Of a stretch of DNA of 64,000 nucleotides, positions 10,874 to 20,902 are shown piece by piece. The notes beneath the pieces are model-generated. The model made no database searches. It had not been told where the DNA came from and worked only from the letters and a program-made list of their open reading frames with translations. Each line of letters starts with the position of its first letter. Within the stretch, counting starts at the first letter, position 1. This stretch comes from Candidatus Hydrothermia bacterium (GTDB taxonomy: Bacteria > Hydrothermota > Hydrothermia > UBA1063). The stretch lies in assembly GCA_049719805.1 (NCBI GenBank), contig JBNARF010000002.1:15805-79804 (forward strand). Reading direction: 5' to 3'. A program made the position numbers and the translations under genes.

Positions 10874-11520
10874 ACATAACAGATATTATCTGGACATGGG
10901 TGGCAGCGTTTTTTACGCTGGCCATTTTAAGCTTTCTATATAAAGACAATCCCTTTTATAAGTTTGCTGAACATTTTTACGTGGGAAGCTCTGCAGCTTT
11001 CACAGTTCTTTATGTCTGGGTATTTGATGCATATCCAAAACTAATACAGGGCTGGCGGGAGAAGGTAGGTATTGAGAAATGGCTCATGATTATTCCCCTA
11101 CTCCTTTCAATTTTCATACTCCTCAGGTTCATAAAACCCCTATCCTGGCTTTCCCGGTGGTCTATAGCTTTTACCATGGGAATGGCGGCAGGTTTGGGTA
11201 TAACCGGTGCAATTCAAGGATTTTTAATACCCCAGATCCAGGCTTCCTTCCTCCCCCTCTTTGTAAAGGGTTCTTCTGCGGGCCAGACAGTACTCCTAAC
11301 CCTTAATAATGTCATAATTGTATTCGGGACAATCTTTACTATTCTGTATTTCTATTTCTCAAAAGAGCATAAGGGTGCTCTGGGTGCGGGTGCAAAAGTG
11401 GGTATGACAATTCTCATGATTACCTTCGGTGCTTCCTTTGGTTATACCATAATGGCTCGTATTTCACTGCTCATTGGAAGAATTTATTTCCTGCTTCATA
11501 ACTGGCTCAGGCTGGTTTGA
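10870..11520 (+). CDS. hypothetical polytopic membrane protein
   Basis: 216 aa. 4-nt ATGA overlap with the upstream gene. Multiple TM helices. Confidence 0.55.
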   Translation: MNITDIIWTWVAAFFTLAILSFLYKDNPFYKFAEHFYVGSSAAFTVLYVWVFDAYPKLIQGWREKVGIEKWLMIIPLLLSIFILLRFIKPLSWLSRWSIAFTMGMAAGLGITGAIQGFLIPQIQASFLPLFVKGSSAGQTVLLTLNNVIIVFGTIFTILYFYFSKEHKGALGAGAKVGMTILMITFGASFGYTIMARISLLIGRIYFLLHNWLRLV

Positions 11521-11993
11521 TGAAGAAGGCCCTAATCATTTTCTTCAGTATTTTTGCTCTGGATAGGATAACGAAATATCTCGTTCTGAGTCTCGTTCCT
11601 TACGGAAAAGAAGTGAAAGTAGTGGGTGAGGTATTAAAAATAACCCATGTTCATAATCCTAACTCTCTCTGGAGCTTGTCCCTTGGTCAGAGGTTCCCTT
11701 ACGTTGCCATAGGTATCGGAGCAATAATTTTTCTGGTGATACTGGTTGTTGATGCCCTCAGACATGGGCAAAGAAGATATGCATACCTTTATTCCCTCCT
11801 TATGGCGGGTGTTGCTGGTAACATAACTGACAGGATCAAGTTTAAGGAGGTAATAGATTTTATCGATATAGGTATCTCACCTACGTTGAGGTGGCCTGTT
11901 TTCAATATTGCTGATTCTGCTATTAGTATTGGACTTGTGATTTACTTTATAATGTTGATAAGAGAGAAAATAGCAAAAAGGAGTAATCAATGA
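11517..11993 (+). CDS. lspA: lipoprotein signal peptidase (signal peptidase II)
   Basis: 158 aa, 4 TM. Conserved C-terminal box VFNIADSAISIGLVIY and N-terminal RITK motif. Size typical of LspA. Confidence 0.65.
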   Translation: MMKKALIIFFSIFALDRITKYLVLSLVPYGKEVKVVGEVLKITHVHNPNSLWSLSLGQRFPYVAIGIGAIIFLVILVVDALRHGQRRYAYLYSLLMAGVAGNITDRIKFKEVIDFIDIGISPTLRWPVFNIADSAISIGLVIYFIMLIREKIAKRSNQ

Positions 11994-12949
11994 AAATCTT
12001 AATTGCGATGTTTTTATCGTTAACGAATCTGCAGTCGGGTGCCCCTTTTGGTGATCCCCTTACATCTCTGAATTACAATATATACGAAAGATTCAAATAT
12101 TATGCCATTGTCAACGGGAATTTTGCGATAGTTCCCGAATACAGGTATCAGTACGTTTATGATACTTACAATTCCACAGTGGGGAGGCAGATAACATATG
12201 ATAATAAGTCTTTTTACATTCTTAATCCCGATGTGGAAATTGGTTTCTCCTACTGGATTTTCAAGACAGTTCTCTCTTATAAGGGGTTTTCCGACGGTAA
12301 TTACAGATATGAAAAGGTAATCTACTCCTCGGGTTATGTTCCGGAAGATACTATTAAGATACAAAGGACCGGCGAAACTTACACCACAGGTATTAGAGTT
12401 ATTGCTGGGTTTGGGAACTTCTTAGGTGGTATAGGTGGAGTCCTTTTTAATAGGCTGGACACCACAGGTACAAAACGTGGCCTTTCTCCTCTTTTAATTT
12501 TAGGCTACTCCATGAAAACTTTTAAAATAGCCGCCGAAATTTCCCCGAAGACGAGGTTTCCCCATGAGGCCGGATACGCGGTCCCCAATGATCTTGTTGT
12601 TTACGCATCCTACATACCACTCATAAAATCCATCTCATCTGTGGAAACCGTCTTTCGGTACTCTCAGTACAGCAAAATAGACAACAGTTATTCTGATTAT
12701 TTACTGCTCAGGACTTCAGTGATTTACGGTTTCAGGGATCAAACTTTCCTCAGAATGGGCGGAGTTCTCGAAAAAACCTATATAGGGGGATATTATATTC
12801 CCGGTGTAGTCGTGGGGCTTGGATATGCCCTCTCTCCCCTCAATCTCGGGATTAATCTGGAAAAAACCTTTTACAATTACACTTTGAATTCTGAAATTGT
12901 AGAGGAATCTCCACTAAAAGTGGGAGTTTATTTGAAGTTCTCAAAATAA
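11990..12949 (+). CDS. hypothetical outer-membrane beta-barrel-like protein
   Basis: 319 aa. Signal peptide (MKILIAMFLSLTNLQSGA). Tyr/Gly-rich alternating pattern. Ends ...YLKFSK. Confidence 0.5.
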   Translation: MKILIAMFLSLTNLQSGAPFGDPLTSLNYNIYERFKYYAIVNGNFAIVPEYRYQYVYDTYNSTVGRQITYDNKSFYILNPDVEIGFSYWIFKTVLSYKGFSDGNYRYEKVIYSSGYVPEDTIKIQRTGETYTTGIRVIAGFGNFLGGIGGVLFNRLDTTGTKRGLSPLLILGYSMKTFKIAAEISPKTRFPHEAGYAVPNDLVVYASYIPLIKSISSVETVFRYSQYSKIDNSYSDYLLLRTSVIYGFRDQTFLRMGGVLEKTYIGGYYIPGVVVGLGYALSPLNLGINLEKTFYNYTLNSEIVEESPLKVGVYLKFSK

Positions 12950-12987
12950 TTTTCTGAATTTATTAATTTTTATTTGGGGGTGAAATT

Positions 12988-14637
12988 ATGGAAAGAGTAA
13001 TTAGAGCTCCTCGAGGGACAAAGTTATCCTGTAAAAGCTGGTTGACAGAAGCTCCCATGAGGATGCTTATGAATAACTTAGATCCAGAGGTTGCTAAGGA
13101 CCCTGCAAATTTGATTGTTTACGGTGGTACAGGTAAGGCGGCCAGGAACTGGGAGTGTTTCGAAGCTATTGTAAAAACACTGCAGGAGCTTGAACTTGAC
13201 GAAACCCTTCTTGTACAGTCAGGTAAGCCTGTGGCCGTTTTTAAGACCCACGAATGGGCGCCTCGAGTGTTAATTGCCAATTCCCTCTTAGTGCCCAAGT
13301 GGGCTACCTGGGAGTATTTCCGCGAATTAGAAGAAAGAGGCCTCATTATGTATGGGCAAATGACTGCAGGAAGCTGGATTTACATTGGAACTCAAGGTAT
13401 TTTACAGGGCACTTATGAGACTTTTTACGCAGCCTCAAAGAAACATTTCGGTGGTACTCTAAGGGGTAAAGTAATACTTACCGCTGGTCTTGGCGAAATG
13501 GGCGGTGCACAGCCCCTGGCCGCCACTATGAATGACGGTATAATGCTCGCTGTTGAGGTAAATCCTTGGGCCATAGAAAGAAGGATTAAAATGGGTTATC
13601 TTGATACCTGGACAGACAATCTTGATAAAGCCCTTCTAATGATAGATGAGGCGAAAAAGAAGGGTGAGCCTCTTTCCGTAGGTCTCCTTGGTAATGCAGC
13701 GGAAGTGCATCCAGAACTGGTTAAGCGCGGCTTCATCCCCGACCTTCTGACAGACCAGGTAGCTGCCCATGATCCTTTGAATGGCTACATCCCTAGGGGT
13801 TATACCGTGGAACAGGCAGCGGAGTTAAGAAGGAAGAATCCCGAAGAGTACCTGAAAAGAGTAGGGGAGTCCGCTGCAATACATGTTGAAGCTATGCTTG
13901 AAATGCAAAAGCAGGGGGCTATTACCTTTGAATATGGAAATAATTTAAGAAGGCTTGCCTATGATAACGGTATAAAAGACGCTTTTAATATTCAGGGATA
14001 TGTTCCTGCTTTTATAAGGGATCTTTTCTCTGAAGGTAAAGGGCCTTTTAGATGGGTGGCTCTCTCCGGTAATCCCGAAGATATTTATAAAACCGATAAA
14101 AAAGTTCTGGAACTTTTCCCCCACGATGAACACCTGAGAAAGTGGATTGAAATGGCTCAAGCTAAAGTGCATTTCCAGGGTTTACCGGCACGAATATGCT
14201 GGTTAGGCCAGGGGGAAAGGATGGAATTTGGACTCGCTATAAATGAGATGGTTAAGAAAGGGGAACTGGAGGCACCTATAGTCATAGGTAGAGATCATCA
14301 TGACACGGGATCTGTGGCTTCTCCGTACAGAGAGACGGAAGCGATGCTGGACGGTTCTGATGCCATTGCAGATTGGCCTGTATTAAATGCCCTTTTAAAT
14401 GCTTCCTCTGGTGCAACCTGGGTTTCAGTACATCATGGTGGTGGAGTAGGTATTGGTTATTCCATCCATGCGGGGATGGTAATTGTAGCTGATGGAACGG
14501 AGCTTTCGCATAAAAAACTGGAGCGAGTTTTAACTAACGATGTTGGAATTGGTGTGGTAAGGCATGCTGATGCAGGTTACAAGATTGCCATAGAAACGGC
14601 TAAGAAGCATAATTTAAAAATGCCCATGTTGAAGTAA
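12988..14637 (+). CDS. hutU: urocanate hydratase (urocanase)
   Basis: 549 aa. N-terminus [32 protein letters not shown] is characteristic of HutU, as is the typical length. Confidence 0.9.
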   Translation: MERVIRAPRGTKLSCKSWLTEAPMRMLMNNLDPEVAKDPANLIVYGGTGKAARNWECFEAIVKTLQELELDETLLVQSGKPVAVFKTHEWAPRVLIANSLLVPKWATWEYFRELEERGLIMYGQMTAGSWIYIGTQGILQGTYETFYAASKKHFGGTLRGKVILTAGLGEMGGAQPLAATMNDGIMLAVEVNPWAIERRIKMGYLDTWTDNLDKALLMIDEAKKKGEPLSVGLLGNAAEVHPELVKRGFIPDLLTDQVAAHDPLNGYIPRGYTVEQAAELRRKNPEEYLKRVGESAAIHVEAMLEMQKQGAITFEYGNNLRRLAYDNGIKDAFNIQGYVPAFIRDLFSEGKGPFRWVALSGNPEDIYKTDKKVLELFPHDEHLRKWIEMAQAKVHFQGLPARICWLGQGERMEFGLAINEMVKKGELEAPIVIGRDHHDTGSVASPYRETEAMLDGSDAIADWPVLNALLNASSGATWVSVHHGGGVGIGYSIHAGMVIVADGTELSHKKLERVLTNDVGIGVVRHADAGYKIAIETAKKHNLKMPMLK

Positions 14638-14646
14638 ACTGGCTAA

Positions 14647-15690
14647 ATGACTGAACTCCCATTTGCTTCTCTTGTCGTTCCCATAAGGAACGAAATTAAA
14701 TTTCTTGATAAGCTTATTGACTCTTTATTGAATCAGGATTATCCCAGGGATAAAATGGAAGTGATATTTGTGGATGGCGAAAGTGATGATGGAACTTATG
14801 AAAGGCTTTTGGAACTAACCCGTAATTATGCATTCATAAAAGTTTTAAAAAACCCGTATAGAACCACTCCCTTTGGCATGAACATTGGGGTTAAAGCATC
14901 AAAGGGGGAATACATCTTAATGATTAATGCCCACTCTACCTATCCTACTGATTATGTAAGAAAAAATATAGAGTATGCTTTAAAGTCAGGTGCCGATAAC
15001 GTTGGCGGAATTTTGAGGACTATTCCTGCAAATGATTCAAAAAAAGCGAGAGCAATTGCAATTGCCCTTTCATCTCCTTTTGGAGTTGGAAATAGCTATT
15101 ATCGAATCGGTGTAAGTGAACCGAAGTATGTAGATGTAGTACCCAACGGATGCTACAAGCGAGAAGTTTTCGAAAAAATAGGATTTTATGACGAGGACCT
15201 CACGAGAGCTCAGGATTTTGAATTTAATGCAAGGCTTATTAAAAGTGGCGGGAAAATACTGTTGGTTCCAGAGATCTGCTCTTACTACTATGCGCGGGAA
15301 GACCTCAAAAAGCTCTCTCGAATGATGTTTTACTATGGCTATTTTAAAGTTCTGGCTTCATTGAAATTAAGAAGAATTTTCACTATAAGGCAGATAATTC
15401 CACCTCTTTTTGTAATTTACCTTGTTTTCACCTTTCTTGGTTCTTTATTTAGCAGATTCTTATTTGTTCTCTTTATTGGCGCCTTATTATTTCACCTTTT
15501 GGCTGGCTTAATTTTCGGAATGATGGCAGAACCTGGGGACATTCAGGTTTTGTTGCGCTTACCCTTTGTTTTTTTAGTCATGCATATTAGCTATGGGGCC
15601 GGGTATCTCGCCGGGGTTATGGATTTTGTGTTGAGAAAGAAACATTTGAAGGAAAAGGATAAGTTGTTAATGATTCCCACCGCGAGGTAA
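14647..15690 (+). CDS. family 2 glycosyltransferase with C-terminal TM region
   Basis: VVPIRNE...LNQDYP...EVIFVDGESDDGT (GT2 DxD-region). C-terminal hydrophobic helices. Confidence 0.8.
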   Translation: MTELPFASLVVPIRNEIKFLDKLIDSLLNQDYPRDKMEVIFVDGESDDGTYERLLELTRNYAFIKVLKNPYRTTPFGMNIGVKASKGEYILMINAHSTYPTDYVRKNIEYALKSGADNVGGILRTIPANDSKKARAIAIALSSPFGVGNSYYRIGVSEPKYVDVVPNGCYKREVFEKIGFYDEDLTRAQDFEFNARLIKSGGKILLVPEICSYYYAREDLKKLSRMMFYYGYFKVLASLKLRRIFTIRQIIPPLFVIYLVFTFLGSLFSRFLFVLFIGALLFHLLAGLIFGMMAEPGDIQVLLRLPFVFLVMHISYGAGYLAGVMDFVLRKKHLKEKDKLLMIPTAR

Positions 15691-15693
15691 AGT

Positions 15694-17016
15694 ATGTATA
15701 AAAAAATTGCAAGGATATCGCTTTTGCTTTTTGCAGACTTATTGAGCTTTCATCTGGCACTTCTCTTAGCCTTTTGTACACGAATTTTTCTTGGAAGAAT
15801 TTTCGGTGCCAGGCTAATTCCCTTCCGTCAAACCATATCCCAATACACCCTTCTGGGTAGCTTGCCCCTGGTATTTGTTTTCGTATTAGCAATATTTGGT
15901 TTATATCACAAAAGGCGCTTTTTCTGGGAAGAGTTTAAGGAGTTTCTAAAAGCCATTTTACTCTTTTTTGTTTTTACAGTAACGGTTTTAAGCATTTTCA
16001 AAATTTTCGTAAAATTTTCAAGGATCGTATTTATTCTTACCTTCTTTTACCTGAGCTTTTTATTCCCTCTTTTAAGGTTATTTGCCAATGCTCTCTTAAG
16101 AAAATTAGGTATTTTTGAGGATTGCGTGTTTATAGGGAGTGAAGAATCTAAAAAGCTTTTCGAAGAGGAAATTTTGAAGAACAAATACCTCAATTTCAGG
16201 CTTTCAGAGAGTGGTGAATATGCTTTTCTTGCCAGTTCAACGCGTGACTTCGAGAAACTTCTCGTTGATTTACAAAGAAAGCACCGCTACGTTCTTGTTT
16301 TTGATGATTCGGAAAAGTTCCTCCCTCTGGAATTTAGGCTCTACTTCCCAATGGGCAAAGGCATTTTCCTTGCCTCCTTTGAAAACAGATTATTAGATCC
16401 AGTAGCTATGTTTGGAAAAAGATGTATAGACCTTGCAGTTGTATTCTTATTATTGCCTTTCTTCATATTGACCCTTGCTATATTTGGATTAATGATCAAG
16501 TTAGAGTCTAAGGGTCCTATATTTTACAAACAAAAAAGGGTTGGCTATGGAGGTAAAACTTTCGATCTTTTAAAGTTCAGAACTATGTATTGTGATGCAG
16601 ATAGAAGACTTAAAGAGATTCTGGAGAAAGACCCTCAAGCCAGAGAAGAGTGGAATAAGTACTATAAGTTGAAGGATGACCCGAGGGTTACAAAAATTGG
16701 AAAATTTTTGAGAAAAACATCTCTTGATGAGCTACCTCAGATCCTGAATATATTAAAAGGTGAGATGAGTTTTGTTGGACCAAGACCGGTGTTGCAGGAA
16801 GAGCTGGAAAAATACTATAAAGAAAACGCAGAGAATTACTTGAAAGTGAGGCCGGGTCTCACGGGGTTGTGGCAGGTTTCCGGTAGGAATGAGCTTGATT
16901 ATGAGAGACGCGTTAAACTTGACATGGTGTATATACACAACTGGTCTTTGTGGCTTGATATTGTGATCTTCCTTCAGACCTTTGGAGTGGTCATTAAAGG
17001 CAAGGGAGCTTACTAA
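15694..17016 (+). CDS. polyprenyl-phosphate sugar phosphotransferase (WbaP/EPS initiating 'bacterial sugar transferase')
   Basis: 440 aa. N-terminal TM helices. C-terminal domain RVGYGGKTFDLLKFRTM...DELPQILNILKGEMSFVGPRP. Confidence 0.85.
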   Translation: MYKKIARISLLLFADLLSFHLALLLAFCTRIFLGRIFGARLIPFRQTISQYTLLGSLPLVFVFVLAIFGLYHKRRFFWEEFKEFLKAILLFFVFTVTVLSIFKIFVKFSRIVFILTFFYLSFLFPLLRLFANALLRKLGIFEDCVFIGSEESKKLFEEEILKNKYLNFRLSESGEYAFLASSTRDFEKLLVDLQRKHRYVLVFDDSEKFLPLEFRLYFPMGKGIFLASFENRLLDPVAMFGKRCIDLAVVFLLLPFFILTLAIFGLMIKLESKGPIFYKQKRVGYGGKTFDLLKFRTMYCDADRRLKEILEKDPQAREEWNKYYKLKDDPRVTKIGKFLRKTSLDELPQILNILKGEMSFVGPRPVLQEELEKYYKENAENYLKVRPGLTGLWQVSGRNELDYERRVKLDMVYIHNWSLWLDIVIFLQTFGVVIKGKGAY

Positions 17017-17021
17017 ATTGT

Positions 17022-18146
17022 ATGAAAGTTTTAATCCTTTCAAGAGGGGATTCTGTACATACGCAGAGGTGGGTGAATTCCCTTTTTCAAAAGGGTGTTG
17101 ATGTTTATCTTTTATGTCTGGGTAAGGTGGAACTCAGTGAGTTCGAAATTCCTGAAGAAAAAATCATTAGTGTTGGATTCCCGGATTTTCACAGTGCCTC
17201 GGGAGTTAAAAGATGGCTTTATTTTGCTTATATACCCAAGGTAAAAAGGTTAATTGAGAGAGTTAAGCCGGATATCATTCACGCCCATTATGCCACCACT
17301 TATGGCTTTCTGGGCGCGGTATCAGGGTTTCATCCTTTTGTGCTTTCCGTTTGGGGCTCGGATATATATGACTTTCCTGAAAAGTCAATATTACATAAAT
17401 TATTAGTTAAATTTAGCATTAACAGTGCTGATGAAATAACCTCAACCTCCCATGTTATGGCAGATGAGGCAAAAAAGTATTTAAGCAAAAACAATAAGAG
17501 TAAAATTTGTGTGATCCCCTTTGGGGTCGATACTCAGATTTTTAAGCCAAGTGAAAAGAATCCCGAGTCAAGAGATTTCATCGTGATTGGAACAGTAAAA
17601 TCTCTTGAGAAAAAGTATGGAATAGATACTTTAATTGAATCCTTCGCCATTTTGAGAAGACGATATCCTGATTTACCTTTAAAACTTGTTATTGTGGGAG
17701 ATGGGAGTGAGAAAGAAAGACTAATTTCTTTAGCCCAAAATCTGGGAATTTTTGAAGATGTAAATTTTGTAGGGCATGTAAGAAATAGAAAAGTTCCAGA
17801 GTTTTTAAATTCCTTTGACATATTTGTCGCACTTTCAAGGTTGGAAAGCTTTGGTGTAGCCGTTGTGGAAGCCATGGCTTGCGGTAAGCCGGTTGTGGTT
17901 TCAAATATTGGTGGCCTAAAGGAAGTAGTGGAGAAGGGGGTATCCGGGTTGATCGTGCCCCCTGAAAACCCTGAGGAAGCCGCAAAGGCTATTGAAACGT
18001 TGATTTTTAATGAAGACCTGCGACGCGAGATGGGTAAAAATGCGAGGGAGCGGGTCCTGAGATTATACGATTGGAATAAGAATGTGGAAATGATGCTATC
18101 CCTTTATCAAAAAGTGCTTTCAAGCACTTCTTTAAAGTCTAACTAA
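17022..18146 (+). CDS. GT4-family glycosyltransferase (group 1)
   Basis: 374 aa. ...ESFGVAVVEAMACGKPVVVSNIGG... E-x7-E motif region. Confidence 0.85.
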   Translation: MKVLILSRGDSVHTQRWVNSLFQKGVDVYLLCLGKVELSEFEIPEEKIISVGFPDFHSASGVKRWLYFAYIPKVKRLIERVKPDIIHAHYATTYGFLGAVSGFHPFVLSVWGSDIYDFPEKSILHKLLVKFSINSADEITSTSHVMADEAKKYLSKNNKSKICVIPFGVDTQIFKPSEKNPESRDFIVIGTVKSLEKKYGIDTLIESFAILRRRYPDLPLKLVIVGDGSEKERLISLAQNLGIFEDVNFVGHVRNRKVPEFLNSFDIFVALSRLESFGVAVVEAMACGKPVVVSNIGGLKEVVEKGVSGLIVPPENPEEAAKAIETLIFNEDLRREMGKNARERVLRLYDWNKNVEMMLSLYQKVLSSTSLKSN

Positions 18147-18640
18147 TTTTTTCTTTATTTTCCCGAACATTTTTATTTTTTACATATAGCATTAAAGGAG
18201 TTTTAATAAATCCTGTTAGCAATTGAAGATGAGTTTGTGAAGCCCTCTGCTGCAATAGTCTTTTCATTCCCACATTCAAAAGGCTAACTAGTATGCTGGT
18301 TCGGGAATGAAGATTCGTTTGTAACTTAAATTGATAACTTTGGTACATAAGATTTTAAGTGATACGAAAAAACAGCGGCTTATGTTATTTTACGCTTTCT
18401 AAGACTCAAAATTTAATTCCTCAGAAAATAACGGGATTTATATTGAAATTTTCCGCAGGTGTAATTACAATATCTGCGAATTTAGACTTCTTCCTAAAAT
18501 ATATTGAAGGATTTGAGAGTTTCGTGTTTTTCCACAAAATTTAGTATGTAAAATTAAACAAAATTCTGATATTTCAACCCACCCCAGCTGACTTACTTCC
18601 AAGGGGGTTATTTTGGAACATTAGACATGCCTTTTACGAC

Positions 18641-19930
18641 ATGCGGTTGGGGTTTTTAAAGTGGATCCTTTTAGTCAAAGGGTTTTGTAGCAGACTACCC
18701 TTTAGGGTGTACAAATTTCTTCAGATTTTTCTGCATGTTCAATGGAACGGAGATCCAAGTAGCTCTGGTTTTTTGGAAAAGCGTTTTGTATTTACAATTG
18801 GAGAAGTTTATAATAGAAGTGAGATGTCAGATTTTTTGGCTTTGATTCGCAGGTATTTAAAGTTATTTTTTATTGTGTATGTGGTTGGCTTTTTAGTGGC
18901 CCTCTTGCTGTATTTTGTTTTGCCCCGCAAGTACAAGGCCACAGCTGAGGTAATGCCATCCCTTGACCCGGAGACTTTTGCAGTGATCGGCTCCTCTCTC
19001 GCAAATTTTAATCCGCTTCTTGGCCTAATGGTTTCACCTGTGGACATTTATGCAAGGATAGCCCAGTCCAGAGGAGTTCTTTATCCAGTGATAGATTCCC
19101 TCGATCTGAGATCTAAGTTCAAGACAAAATCGTATATTAAAACTTATAGGAAGTTACTTAAATCCATTGAAATAAAGACTTACACCGAGGGTATCCTGGA
19201 ATTATCTTACGAAGACAAAGATAAGTATTTTGCCACAAATCTCGTGAATTTAGTCGTCAGAGAGCTGGATAGAGCAAATAAAGAATTAATAATGACCAAA
19301 GGGAAAGCCTTAAGGGAGTTTCTGGAAAAGAGAATGGCAGAGGAGGAAGCTTCTATTAACTCTCTAAGGGACACCCTGGAACAGTTGCAGAAACGTTACG
19401 GAACCCTGGACCTTGAGGCAGAATATGCTGAGTGGGTTAAAGCTTATTACGAAATGCTTAAAAATTACCTGATGAGCAGGACAGAGTATGATTATTTAAA
19501 GCAAATATATTCGGAAAGTTCTCCCCTGCTTATTTTAAAGGAGAAAGAGTTGAAAGTATACGATGAACAGCTCCGAGGATTTTTAAATGAAATTTCTTCT
19601 GAAGAAGCTGGCGGTAATGTGAGGAGGGTCTTTAATGTTCCTTATACAAAATTGCCGACTTATGCCAGGCAGTATATGGAGCTGAAGGTAAAATTAAGTG
19701 CTCATGAAGAGGTCTATAAATTTTTGTTTACAAAATATGAAGAGGCAAAGATTCTGGAAAAGCGAGATACACCGACTTTTACAGTTCTTCGTTATGCAGA
19801 AGTCCCCGATTATAAGAGCTATCCCAAGGGGACCCATTTAGTCTTATTGTTTTTCTTCCTGAGCACCGTCATTAACATTGTAATTTTATTGGTAAAAGAA
19901 GGTGAATTTCTAAGTAGGGCTGTTAATTAG
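18641..19930 (+). CDS. polysaccharide co-polymerase / chain-length determinant (Wzz-like, PCP family)
   Basis: TM1 followed by PRKYKATAEVMP (PCP signature P-x-Y-x-A). Long coiled-coil periplasmic region. C-terminal TM2. True start probably internal (e.g. M at ~18821). Confidence 0.6.
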   Translation: MRLGFLKWILLVKGFCSRLPFRVYKFLQIFLHVQWNGDPSSSGFLEKRFVFTIGEVYNRSEMSDFLALIRRYLKLFFIVYVVGFLVALLLYFVLPRKYKATAEVMPSLDPETFAVIGSSLANFNPLLGLMVSPVDIYARIAQSRGVLYPVIDSLDLRSKFKTKSYIKTYRKLLKSIEIKTYTEGILELSYEDKDKYFATNLVNLVVRELDRANKELIMTKGKALREFLEKRMAEEEASINSLRDTLEQLQKRYGTLDLEAEYAEWVKAYYEMLKNYLMSRTEYDYLKQIYSESSPLLILKEKELKVYDEQLRGFLNEISSEEAGGNVRRVFNVPYTKLPTYARQYMELKVKLSAHEEVYKFLFTKYEEAKILEKRDTPTFTVLRYAEVPDYKSYPKGTHLVLLFFFLSTVINIVILLVKEGEFLSRAVN

Positions 19931-19945
19931 CGCAGTAAATTTTTT

Positions 19946-20902
19946 ATGAACTATTCGGCAGTAATCCCGACTTATCGGAGAAAGGATGACCTGATAAAGT
20001 GTGTCGAAAACTTACTGGCTCAGACCATAAAACCTTCAGAGGTTATTATAAGTGGTGTTTCTACCGATGAGGAAACAAAAGAAGCTTTCAAAATTTTAAA
20101 AGGTAAATATCCCGAATTCAATATAAAGCTCGTTCTGAGTGATCGAAGAGGTATTTCGGTGGGAAGAAACAAGGGGTTAGAGGCAGCTTCTTGTGAGTTT
20201 GTTTTGATGGTGGATGATGATGTGGAACTTCCACCTGATTTCGCAGAAAAAGCCCTGGAGATTTTAGTTAAAGAAGGAGTTTATATTTTAACTGGTATTG
20301 AGCAGAGGAAGATGGTTGTTCATAGACTTCAAAATTTATTTAGAAAGATTTTTTTCCTGGATTATTATGAGCCCAATAAACAGTTAGTTTTACAGAGTGG
20401 TGCCAAGGTTATTCCTTCAGTGGTTAACACAGATATCAAGGCGCAATATCTGGGATCACATGTGTGGATGATGAGGCGTTTTTTAATAGAAAAGGTAAAA
20501 TTTGATGAAAGAATGGCCCTTTATTCTCACAGAGAAGACCAGGACTTTTCTTATACTGTTTTTAAAATATATGGTCCCGTTCTTCTTATAACCCCGAGGT
20601 TGACTTTTATTCACCATCATTCTGCAGGGGGCAGAGTCAACTTTGCTCAGTTCCAGCATATATATGTATACAATTTGACTTTAAACTATGTAAAGCACTT
20701 TTTAAGGGTAAAGGGTACAAAGATTATCTTTGCCTGGTCCATGATGGGTTTAATTCTGCAAAGTTTGCATCATTCGTTAAAAAATTCCCAAATATCTATT
20801 TTTGTTGAGACCTTTAATGCGGTGTTCCGTGTTATTAATAATTGGAGGTCCATCGCTCTAAACAAATTTGACAAAATTTATGGGATTTTCCATAAAAAAT
20901 AG
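19946..20902 (+). CDS. family 2 glycosyltransferase
   Basis: SAVIPTYRR...FVLMVDDDVELPPDF DxD motif. 318 aa. Confidence 0.8.
   Translation: MNYSAVIPTYRRKDDLIKCVENLLAQTIKPSEVIISGVSTDEETKEAFKILKGKYPEFNIKLVLSDRRGISVGRNKGLEAASCEFVLMVDDDVELPPDFAEKALEILVKEGVYILTGIEQRKMVVHRLQNLFRKIFFLDYYEPNKQLVLQSGAKVIPSVVNTDIKAQYLGSHVWMMRRFLIEKVKFDERMALYSHREDQDFSYTVFKIYGPVLLITPRLTFIHHHSAGGRVNFAQFQHIYVYNLTLNYVKHFLRVKGTKIIFAWSMMGLILQSLHHSLKNSQISIFVETFNAVFRVINNWRSIALNKFDKIYGIFHKK

Noticed and set aside
18139-18544. Two ~60-70-aa ORFs in the gap before the Wzz-like gene
   Set aside because: Low-complexity AT-rich intergenic region, no RBS or homology. More likely promoter or UTR sequence.
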